Assembly (NCBI GenBank): GCA_964035545.1
Contig: OZ037772.1
Coordinates: 12,150,818 to 12,214,817, forward strand
Direction: 5' to 3'
Length of the DNA: 64,000 nucleotides
Source of the DNA: Bugula neritina
Lineage: Eukaryota > Animalia > Bryozoa
Below are positions 1 to 11,500 of the stretch, in pieces; within the stretch, counting starts at the first letter, position 1; every line of letters begins with the position of its first letter. The translations under genes were made by a program, and so were the position numbers. Under the pieces are notes generated by a model. The model did not search any database. It worked only from the letters and a program-made list of their open reading frames with translations, and was not told the DNA's origin.

Positions 1-714
1 ACGAGGTGAGTTACGAGGTGAGTTATGTGCTTAAACGCAATATTCTCATGGGAAACAACCACTGAATCCGTGAATGTTGTGACCCTACGGCCACTTTCAC
101 GAATTTCAAATAGTGATACTTATGGTTATACTTATAGCAAGAGTAGTAGACATAGAGTATTATAATACTCATATTATTACTAATAGTAATAGTAATAGTC
201 ATTCTCGTAGTTATACTCGTAGTGATAGTGGTGCTGATGGTCATGATCATGATGATGCAGCAACTGCAAGTACATATTGATATTCATATTGATAATGATA
301 TTGATATAAATAATAATGATATACTGATACACATTGATATACTAGTAGTGTAGTACTAGCAGTATTAAGACTCAGAATTACTTCCAAGTTTGGTAATTAT
401 AATCATATTGGATTGGCATTTAATTTTATATATCAATATTCATATTGATGTTAATTGTTATAGTCCCCATTATGAACTCCAAATCGAATTAGTAGTAACT
501 ATAACTACTATAACTATAACTGGTATGACTATGGCTATGAGTATTCATTTGCGGTTATAAGGATGTATTGTTTAATCTATGTTTAATTATTGGTTAAAAT
601 TAGAACTAGCATCTGCATAGTACAAATATGCTGTGTATATGAAGACTGTTCCCTCCATTGCAGCAGTTTTATTCTAGTGGAAAAGTCAAGTTTAACAAGA
701 GCTAATATAGTCCA

Positions 715-3583
715 ATGGCTGAAGCTACAGTTGAGCAGGTAGCGTGTGGATTCTGTGTAACCAGACTAGAAGATCTAGAAGATTCCAGATCTCTACCTTG
801 TTCTCATGTACACTGTTTAAGATGTCTGCTGGGGAACTTTGAGGTCAATAAGATAGTGAGATGTCCCTTCTGCAGGTATCACCTTACTTTTAGATATTTT
901 CAGTTTGAGTTCTACTATATTATGTGTTATACTCTCTACTGATATGTCCCTTCTGCAGTTAGCACTTTATTTTATCAGTTAGTCAGTAGCCTTGGCATTG
1001 TTTGGAAACTGAAATAGGCTGCCCTTTTAGTTTCATTCTTGTGAAGAGTCTGTTTGTTTCTCTCGTTGCGCAACTCTCTTTCAACTTTATTGAAAACATA
1101 AAATAATAAAAAATGGCCTAATATATATTAGTTTCAGTATTTATTATGAGCTATATCTACTATTGGTTTGCAATCGAAACCTTTGAACATTTATGTCTAG
1201 AGAAGTGTTTGACGTAGAAATAGAAACTCTTCCTACCCCAGACACCAAAGAGCCACCTCTATGCTGTGATAGTTGTACGAGGAAAGGAGTGGATAATCAG
1301 CTAGCTGTTGTTTACTGTACAACTTGTTCTGCTAAGCTGTGTGCTAAACACAGAGAGGTATGCTGTAGTGTCTCCTACATGATTTGTTGTGAAATAAAGT
1401 CCTAGTGATGCAATATGACACTCTTGACATGCTTATATATGCTTCATATTCTCATGGTACTTGGAAATGTGTAGGTTTGGGTAGCTTCATGCAATTATAA
1501 ACTCCTATAACTTTGACCTGTGTTCTCCATTATCTATGAAATTTTTTATATTATGTTTCACAGTTCCATGATGAGGTGCTTGGAACTCACCCTATGGTCA
1601 AAATGACTAATTATAGAGCACAGGCTAAGCGAGTGACACCCAGACTTTGTGCTCAGCACGAAGAGATAGCGTACACTTTGGGCTGTAAGAACTGTTTGAC
1701 TGTGGCCTGTACAAAGTGTGTTGAAGATCTGTCCAGTTGCACACATGGTATGCCTCACCTAATTACTTAGTACTTAATCATGTTTGTATAACGCTGTCTG
1801 TTATGACTAAGGTCAGCAGGTCAGATACTAAACGGTATGACTGTAATTGTAGGGTCAGCACATGATCTCCTGTCACTGGATGACCTGGTAATAAAACTGT
1901 CTAAAGAGATGGAAAAGCTGACCTCAGAAATGCTGGACAAGGAAAATAATCTCTCAGGTTTATTTAAACGCATGACTGGAATATTGTGTGATTATGATAG
2001 TGAGACTAGAGATATGATAGAGACACTTCACAGAACACGTGATGAACAGGTAATATGTGCTGCATTTAGACTAGAGATGTGATAATGAGGCTGGAGATAT
2101 GATAGTGAAGCTAGAGATATGACAGTGAGGCTGGAGGTGCGATAGTGAGGCTAGAGATATGATAGTGAGGCTAGAGGTGCGATAGTGAGGCTAGAGGTAT
2201 GACACAGTGAGGCTGGAGGTGCGATAGTGAGGCTAGAGATATGATAGTGAGGCTAGAGATATGATAGTGAGGCTAGAGGTGCGATAGTGAGGCTAGAGGT
2301 GTGATAGTGAGGTTAGAGATATGATAGTGAGGCTGTGTACTGCTATATCTTAGCTGTGTATCACTACAGCCTGTACTCTGCGATTTAATGTGAACTATAA
2401 ATAAACGTATATAATCTATTTATAGATTCAGAGCATTCAACTCAAGTACAAGAAGTTGGAAGAAGAGTTGATAGAGTCGAGAAGAAATACGAAGTTGGAA
2501 CTGCAGACCTTCACTGAGCAAGATGTTGAAGGGAAATTGTCTGACCTGATAAGACTGAGACTCCAGATGGAGGCTAGACTTAGTACCAGTCACCAGGTTT
2601 GTGGGTTGGATTAAGACACAGTCAATGAACTCAATAATTATTAACTGGAATGGGTACGATTGTACTTTGTAATGCAACCTCGTTGCCGATTGGCTTTGTG
2701 AGCCCGAGCATGCTCTTTTTCTAGCGGGAGAAAATAGAGCCGGTCGTCCATCATTTCGATTGAGTGAATCTCACTTTTAAACTTTGTTTTTTGTCCTGCT
2801 TTATATCTGAAGCGACTATATTTTTATTTAATTGTGTTTTCTATCACCTCTACTTCGTTAAACATGTCGAATTCTCCGTATCCTAAGCAAACTAAGGGTC
2901 AAAGAAGCAAGACCACTGAGTCTCAGTGTTATGCATACAATTGCCGCAACTACCAGTACAGCAGTTACATAAAGACAAAAAAATCTCTTTTCACAAGTAA
3001 GTATATGGCTTTAGTTACAACAATCAGTGAAAGTAATACATGAACTAGCGTAACAGTAGGCTTAATAGTTGTGGTAGCGGTGCTGCTGCCTACTAGTAGT
3101 ACTCTACTACTAGTACTACTACTACTACTACTAGTAGTACTAGTAGTAATACTAATACTAATAGCTAAGGCTAATGGCTAATGTTATACTTACAGTATCA
3201 GTATGATAGTACAACTACTACTACTACTGCTGCTACTACTACTACTAGCCTACTGCTACTACTACTACTACTACTAGTACTAGCCTACTGCTACTACTAG
3301 TACTACTACTACTAGCCTACTGTTACTACTACTACTAGCCTACTACTACTACTAGCCTACTGCTACTACTAGCCTACTGCTACTACTACTACTAGCCTAC
3401 TGCTACTACTAGCCTACTGCTACTACTACTACTAGCCTACTGCTACTACTACTACTACTACTAGCCTACTGCTACTACTAGTACTACTACTACTAGCCTA
3501 CTGTTACTACTACTACTAGCCTACTGCTACTACTAGCCTACTGCTACTACTAGCCTACTGCTACTACCACTACTAGCCTACTG

Positions 3584-3669
<86 letters not shown>

Positions 3670-6600
3670 ACTTCTACTACTAACCTACTGCTACTACTAC
3701 TACTAGCCTACTGCTACTACTACTACTAGTAAAGCGCTACTTTGGCAATGCAGTTATAATTGAGTGTTGAACTAATATCTTTATTGTGTCATCTACTCAG
3801 GTGTCTCTTGCTACCCAGTTGCTGTCAGCTTCAGTGGCTGACTCACTAGATACGCTGAAACAGTTGGGACTCTCTAAATTCCAGCAGTGTGATGCTACCA
3901 TCAACTTCATTAGGGTTTGTTACAGCTTTTGGTTTTATTTCTTTAAAATACTGTAACTGCAATCGTCCCATGTTCTGCTGATGTTACTTTTTCTGTAGCG
4001 AGTTGATCGGTTGTTTGACATCCTGAATAGTCGATCAGCAATAGCTAAAGGCTACAAGCAGCCTTTACATCTAAATGGTATCAGTGTCATCACTCCTTTT
4101 CTGAAAGATACACGGCAATATTTGCTAGGCCTAAAGAATAATGAAAAGATACCTCTGTACAAGACCAAAAGGTAAATTTCCTATTACCATAGAAAGTGTT
4201 ACTTGCTTATATTTCAGATCTAATATGTGCCTGTCCCTATTTGTGTTATTTGCAGACATGTTTGTATTACTGGACTTGTATGTGCCATTGACACAGTATT
4301 TGGGTTGGTGGAGAAACTGTTGGTGCCTAAAACGCTCGACTATCTGCTAATGTATAAATTTTCGCAAGACCATTTAGAGCTGTGGTATGCTATAGCTCTA
4401 AACTGCTATGCATGAAGCCCAGTCTGCATGCACTTATGTTAAGATGTTCATTTGTTCTCTTGCTCTCTTATCTCTTTCCTTCAGGTGTTCGGTTTTTCAC
4501 TTTGCTTTGATAGGTGCAACTAAGATGGTCGGTTGGACCAACTGTGTTGAAAAGTGAATTTTTTTGCTTGAGCTTAGCGGTTGAAATGCACGCAATATGA
4601 AGTAAATTTTATTAACTTTTGAATACCAAGAGACAAAGATAATGAATTTTCAAAAATTTCCAAAACTGTGGTGTCAAAGCAATTGTGCATTTTTTAATTA
4701 AATGACTTTTTTGGCTTAATTGCATGCAAGGTTTTGCTTGTGTTCTAAAAAACATCATTTTTTCTGGGTAAACATAATCCAATCATTAATTGTGAACAGG
4801 CAATTGATGTCCAAGCATTTTTTTAATATCTGTTCTAGGTGGATGGAATAATAACGCATCTGTAACTGGCTTTCAGTCTATCTTTAGAAAATTGGTGACC
4901 CGATGTGGTGTACATCCAGGCAACTCAGGAAATTCTAAGCCATTAGATAGCACAACTGTTATTCATGGAGACATCATTAGGCATCGAAAATCATCATTTC
5001 TCCCTTTTAAATTTACTCATTGAAGTATATTATGACTTATTTCAGCACCACATTGCTAAACTAACAAATATTGCTATGCACAAACTAAATTTCAGGCAAT
5101 GTAGCAACAAAAGTGTACTGTTTAGAGGCCAGTAATAAGGATGTGGGTAATTAATCGTTTAGAAGTTATTACAACAGTATTTATATTATAACATTAGATG
5201 ATAACAAATATTGTTATTGCAATATAATATTATTTTTTGTTTATTCTGTAATTCCATTTTAATCACTTATTGCTTTCAGATTAGCACTTGAAAACAGAAT
5301 TTAAAACTTTGAAAGGTTTAAGGAAATCTGTTACTTGCCTGTGTTGTAAAGCTGTGTCTTACCACCGGTTTTTTTATATTATTTATAAACTTTTATACTT
5401 GTTATCCTTACTGCCAGTGTTCATGTACTAAGGCTGAAATTTGCTTTGCTGTTGCTTTTCATTTAATTTTGACTAATGTGTTGATCTAATCAATAAATAT
5501 GTAATGCATTTGTTAGGTTATTAAAGTTATTATCATATATACTTGAGGTACATGCTTCATAAAATGATAATTAGTCATGAAATTACAAATACCAAAAGTA
5601 AAATAAACAAAATAATTGGTTCCTGCTTCACATTGCTGAATTTTCATTATTTTTTAGTGTTTACCTCAATATATAAGCTCTAATAGCTTGCATTTATAAT
5701 GGATTTTACTACTACTGCGTGCAAAACAAGTAGGCGTGGTTAAGTTTTCCATGTTAAGGCGGAGCTAAACTATTTGGCCACGCTAAAACGTCCTTGGCCT
5801 CTCCAGGTCTATTCCAGCTCAGTGGACACAGTATTACCTCCTCCCTACCCCACATACTACTGTAGGAAAGGCATGCACATTCTCACCAACAAACTGCTTT
5901 GTAGGTTGATCTCATTAGCAGATACAAGGAAACAGAAAATGTGATTATTCAGCTGATGTCTGAGAGTGTCTCTCTGCCAGAGGTGCCAAGTATAACCACA
6001 TTGCAGGTCAAAGGTCAGTATGTATAGCTGCAGGTCAAAGGTTACTGTATGATTGGGTTGTTTGTTGATGGCATAGAAGTACTTGTGTTGTCACTTAGAT
6101 GGTGGAACAATTATGAGATGGAATAGAAGTGACTTTTAACAGCTGCTAGTTGTGTTCATTAGTTTATAGGTGAGGGGCCTTTGCCCCCCCACCCTTGTGA
6201 TCAGGGGAAGCTCTTCCTCAGCTCTCCACTCCCTCTCTGTTGTTAATGTTGCTTTAGCCCACTACAGGTCAAACCTTTCCTATTACCATGGTTATATTCT
6301 CCCATTCATGTGTAGATGAAAGGAGAGAAATTGAAGTAGAAGTTGTCGCATCGCAAGATGGACAGACAACTCCTAATGCTTTCAATAAACGGTTGATACT
6401 CCAACATACAGTAGAAATGGGTGGATATCCAGCGTCAATTTGTAGTTATCAGGGAAAAGTATATGTTTTGTCATATGCTGGACTGGATGTAGTTGCTGAG
6501 CACAAGTTACTCAGCCAAAAGTTAATCTCCTCATCATTTCTGTTTCCAGTCGGCGTAGCTGCTCACAGAGACAGATTGTATATTTCAACTATCAATGGTC

Positions 6601-7352
6601 ACTTTTCATCGCCGTGGTCCTGCACAACTAGCAAGGATACTTCCTATAGCTTGGTGACAGTTTACAATCTTCTTGGGGAAAAAGTCCTCGACTGGACCCA
6701 TAAGGTTAACAGTAGTAACTTAGTGGTTGTTGGTAATCAAATAGTTGTGGTAGACACTCAGAACCAAGCACTCGCAGTATATTCTCTTACAGGGGAGGCA
6801 ATAAAACAACTACCCGTTCCTATATATCAAGGTTACCAAACTAATACATCGATCTGCACCATAGACAACAGCTCTGTTGTTCTATCTGACTATAAAACTG
6901 CTAAAGTATTCAAAGTGAATATTTCAAGTGGAGAAGTTGAATGGACATCTGAACACATAGGAAACCCTGAAGGCGTGGCCTACCACAGAGGGAGGGTGCT
7001 CGTAGCCGACCGAGGAGCTAGAATGAAGATCTCAGTCTTGGATGTGGAAACAGGTGATACTAACAGATAATGTTGACAAGAGTCTGTTTTTATCTTTGTT
7101 TCTAATATACGATAAATTCTAAACAACTAATACGTAATTTTGGAGTTTTTCATTTTAATTGTGTGTTAGAAGATACAATTATTCAATCTGAATTTATTTT
7201 TCTACCTTGTTTATGCAGGTGAACCGCTGACGGTGATCATAGATGCTGACCTTGAGTTCCTCTCCCACATGTATAATTTCCGTGTAACAGGAAACACTCT
7301 TATAGTACCGAGCAGAGGAAAACAGGCAATTTCGTTCTATCAAATTCGCTGA
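715..7352 (+). CDS. TRIM/RBCC E3 ligase with C-terminal NHL-like beta-propeller, 8 coding exons (715-875, 1201-1357, 1564-1747, 1853-2049, 2426-2596, 5905-6013, 6316-7053, 7219-7352)
   Basis: C3HC4 RING (CGFC..LPCSHVHCLRC..CPFC), B-box1 (CDSC..YCTTCSAKLCAKH..H), B-box2 (CAQH..CKNCLTVACTKC), coiled-coil exons, and propeller-like repeats (FPVGVAAH, NPEGVAYH..VLVAD). All GT-AG junctions join in phase. TGA at 7350-7352; AATAAA near 7982 and 8000. Confidence 0.9.
2070..2335. repeat. ~20-bp minisatellite GATAGTGAGGCTAGAGATAT in TRIM intron 4
   Basis: About 13 tandem copies; the unit resembles exon-4 sequence at ~1995-2020. Confidence 0.9.
2864..4980 (+). pseudogene. THAP9/P-type transposase remnant (THAP exon 2864-2996; core exons 3801-3914, 3999-4171, 4256-4384, 4839-~4980)
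   Basis: THAP start CYAYNCRN with a frameshifted KISFHK. Motifs VSLATQLLSASVADSL, VDRLFDILNSR, YLLMYKFSQDHLE and GGWNNN match P-transposase/THAP9 motifs recalled from memory. The N-terminal half of the catalytic core is absent. Confidence 0.85.
3075..3730. repeat. Compound (TAC)n/(TGC)n/CTAGCCTACTG microsatellite inside the P element
   Basis: Directly visible trinucleotide and higher-order arrays. Confidence 0.95.
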
Positions 7353-7367
7353 GTTTCCTCATATGTA

Positions 7368-7875
7368 ATGTATATAGTATCATATATACTGTATATGTTG
7401 TCATATATACTGTGTATGTTATCATATATACTGTGTATGTTATCATATATACTCCGTATATTATCATATATACTGTGTATGCTATCATATATAATGTGTA
7501 TATTATCATATATACTGTGTATGTTATCATATATACTGTGTATATTATCATATATACTGTGTATGTTATCATATATACTGTGTATGTTATCATATATACT
7601 GTGTATGTTATCATATATACTGTGTATGTTATCATATATACTGTGTATGTTATCATATATACTGTGTATGTTATCATATATACTGTGTATGTTATCATTT
7701 ATACTGTGTATGTTATTATATATACTCTGTATGTTATCATATATACTGTATATGTTATCATATATACTGTGTATGTTATTATATATACTGTGTATGTTAT
7801 CATATATACTGTGTATGTTATCATATATATACTGTGTATGTTATCATATATACTCTGTATGTCGACATATATACT
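7368..7875. repeat. 21-bp minisatellite TATCATATATACTGTGTATGT in the TRIM 3' UTR
   Basis: More than 20 tandem copies; accounts for the spurious ORFs 7300-7997. Confidence 0.95.
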
Positions 7876-8589
7876 ACATTGGTGTATTATCATCTAAACG
7901 TAGTCCCATTATACTTATTCTTATAAGCACAGAGTTTAGAGTAAAAACTAGAATTATCTTCAACACTGTCACTTCTCTTTTAATAAACTCAGGTTGACAA
8001 ATAAACATTCCTCAATGTTTTATCCACACAAGCCGATACAAGGGGGGGAGGGGGGGATAGCATACAATTGAGAATTGTATTCTCCTACCACACACAGAAC
8101 CTCAATATGCAAACTAGAAGCTACAAAACACACTGTATTGAAATAGGTTATATTTTAAATTTTACTACTAATAAATAAAAGAGAATTTGTAAGATGAAAA
8201 TACCGATACTGTAATAAAATGATTATGTAACACACTAAAACATTTCACATTGTCACAAACAGTTGGAAAACAGTAAAAATGTACATGACAAAAGGAGATG
8301 ACTCCAAAAACATGCGTATGAGGGAATATTGCTGAGTGAGTATTGCACACAGTGTGGACTCGTAATACTCAACCAACAGGAAATAAATAGAAAGGGAAGT
8401 GGACGGATGTAAAGATTGACCTTGATGTAGGTCAAGTTCAAGGCTGTCACAACTCTGTCGTTGGCTACAAATTAACATATAAATCTATATAATAAACAGC
8501 ATGCAGTGAAAGATGACGCAACAGAATGTGTAAGTAAGTGCATTCAATTGACAGTATAGTGAATAGAGAACTTTGACTGACAACTAGTT

Positions 8590-11500
8590 TCACCGGCTGC
8601 CTCTCAGCTTACGCTGGTCGGCAGCATACAACTATAATGTGTGCCATAAAACAATGTCGTTGCTATCAGCTCCAGCAAATAGTATAAGACTGGGTATAGC
8701 TTCACCCGGTTACACAGCACTTATTTAGTGTGCTTAGTTTTGTCGTACTAAGCCTGATGTTTGCTGGTATAAGCACATACATACCTGTATATGATGTTTA
8801 CTGTTGTAAGCCCCAAGTATGGCCGACACGCTGTCGTCAAGCAGCACCTGGAAGACGCTCTCCGTGAGAGAATGTTTCACGGCGAGTTCGTCCCGAGAAT
8901 AGTCCAGCCATGACAGTTCTTCCTCTCTCAGCTCCTGCATAACACAATGTCACAGCACAATGTCACAACACAATGTCACACTGTCACAGCACAATGTCAC
9001 GGCACAACGTCACAGTGCAGTGTGACGTCAATATGATAAAATGCTTAGATGATTTCCAGAAAAGCTTTAAAACCACATTAGGCTACAATTAATTTGTTAT
9101 GATAAGAGAAACCTTTACTCTAAATGAAAGTTATTTTATATGTCATACTATTTAAATGATGTAATTTTTAAACCAGCTGATTGTTTGACACTGAAAATAG
9201 GCTTTTGCATAATATTTATCTAACAATTAATTTCAAGTTCTGCAGATTTCAAGTAACTCATGTGATAAATACTATAAAGTAGTGGATGACTAGTGGATGC
9301 CCGGCCAATCAGGCTGCTGTATTTTCTCATCTGCTAGACAGCGTTGCCAGGTATCCAACACATACAGTATACTGACTCAACTAATGTTCTACAAACACTG
9401 CAACATCTGATTAGTCTAAAACCCAAACTTAGCCAATGAAACCTTACTTGAGTCAAGATGGCGTCTAGCTTGTCACGTCTCTTTGTCCTTGACATTGGTA
9501 GCACCCGAGAGGACTTGACTGGATGAACCATTTTACCGGTTACTGTGGGATAGATGTGTTTGTGGAGAATCTTTCTAACTCTGTAAAAGATCATAAACAG
9601 AGATGTTACAGGAAAATGTTATAATTTATTTATTATACATATTATTACATGTGTAGCAACATTCATAGTTTACTAAAATATATATGACTATTTGTATTAT
9701 AACATCAATCATTTATTTTATTATTATCATTATTTATAAATATACATGTATATGACCATATATTACAGCTTATATATATATATATATATATGTATATGTA
9801 TGTATATAACAGTATATTATTATAATATATATTACGATTACTGCTACTATACTATATAGACTGAGAGATTCATGACACGACGGAAGGGGGGGGGTATGAC
9901 TCACTCGTCAAGAGTAGTGGGTGGCTGCCGATGTTTATAGTATCTACTCAGCTGACTCCTCACTCCAGGTACTTCCTGCTGACTTTCTGCACCGTCGTCA
10001 CTTTCTTCGTTCTACCGGACAGACAGACAGACATTGTACAGGAAATAGTAGTAGTAGAGTAGTATAGTAATATAAGAAAGTACTAGAGTAATATGAGAGA
10101 GTACTAGAGTAATATGAGAGAGTACTAGAGTAATATAAGAGAGTACTATAGTAATATAAGAGAGTACTAGAGTAATATAAGAGATTACTAGAGTAATATA
10201 AGTGAGTACTAGAGTAATATAAGAGATTACTAGAGTAATATAAGAGAGTACTAGAGTAATATAAGAGATTACTAGAGTAATATAAGAGAGTACTAGAGTA
10301 ATATAAGAGAGTACTAAAGTAATATAAGAGAGTACTAGAGTAATATAAGAGAGTACTAGAGTAATATAAGAGAGTACTAGAGTAATATAAGATAGTACTA
10401 GAGTAATATAAGAGAGTACTAGAGTAATAGAAGAGTACTATAGTAATATAAGAGATTACTAGAGTAATATAAGTGAGTACTAGAGTAATATAAGAGATTA
10501 CTAGAGTAATATAAGAGAGTACTAGAGTAATATAAGAGAGTACTAGAGTAATATAAGAGTACTATAGTAATATAAGAGAGTACAATAGTAATATAAGAGA
10601 GTACTATAGTAATATAAGTGAGTACTAAAGTAATATAAGAGAGTAGTATAGTAATATAAGAGAGTACTAGAGTAATATAAGAGAGTACTAGAGTAATATA
10701 AGAGTACTATAGTAATATAAGAGAGTACTAGAGTAATATAAGAGAGTACTGAAGTAATATAAGAGAGTACTATAGTAAGATATACCTGGTAGATGTCATT
10801 CAGCATGTCTCGTATCAGATCAAACATGAGAGATCTGAAGGAAGTGTTGGCCGTAGCCTCCAGTTCCAACTGGTCTCCCGTGTCCAGGTACTCAGCAGAA
10901 GGTTCAAGGCCATTCCAAGACTCGCCACAACGTCTCGCCTGCCAGAATATGTCCAGCGCCTCGTCAGCCAGAGCTTTGACCTGAAACAGTCAACATACAA
11001 GGTGAAGGTCATATTTACTGACTCAGAGTTGCGAGAATGAAGAGTTGGGATTATAAGCTTTGAACTAACCTCAATCTCCTCATGCGGAACTATGAAGACG
11101 GGCTGTGGGGCTGCCACCCGCAATATTTCCTTCTTTGAGATAACTGGCACTGTCTTAGACTCAGGTCCAACCACTGAAGAACAGAATAGATAAATTAACC
11201 AATAGGAATCCTTTTCAATACATAGGTGAGTGTTTTCACTGGAATTGCAATTAAATTAAATTATATAAGGGTATCATCATGGCATGCAATATATAAAATA
11301 TTGTTACAGCACATCAAAAAACCACCTTTATTACTAATATTGCACCTCAACAACCAAGCTACAACATGTCACGCAGTGTAATAGAAGTTCTACTCACGGA
11401 ATTCGTCGTCGTACCAGTCGGAGTCGTTTGCCCCGAACACGGAGTCAATATCCTTGTCCAGCTGGACCCAGTGTTCATGTCGTGCTTCCTCCACCACAGC

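Larger units (their letters stand above)
2623..5824 (+). mobile_element. P-element superfamily DNA transposon, internally deleted and non-autonomous, in TRIM intron 5
   Basis: Exact 8-bp direct repeat GACACAGT at 2615-2622 and 5825-5832. Ends are CA...TG with imperfect TIRs (CAATGAACT..ACTGGAAT vs reverse complement CACTGAGCTGGAAT). Contains THAP and P-transposase coding remnants. Confidence 0.85.

Noticed and set aside
7300-7997. Several 130-210 aa ORFs on both strands (ITYTVYM and LSYILCM repeats)
   Set aside because: They are translations of a 21-bp minisatellite downstream of the TRIM stop codon.
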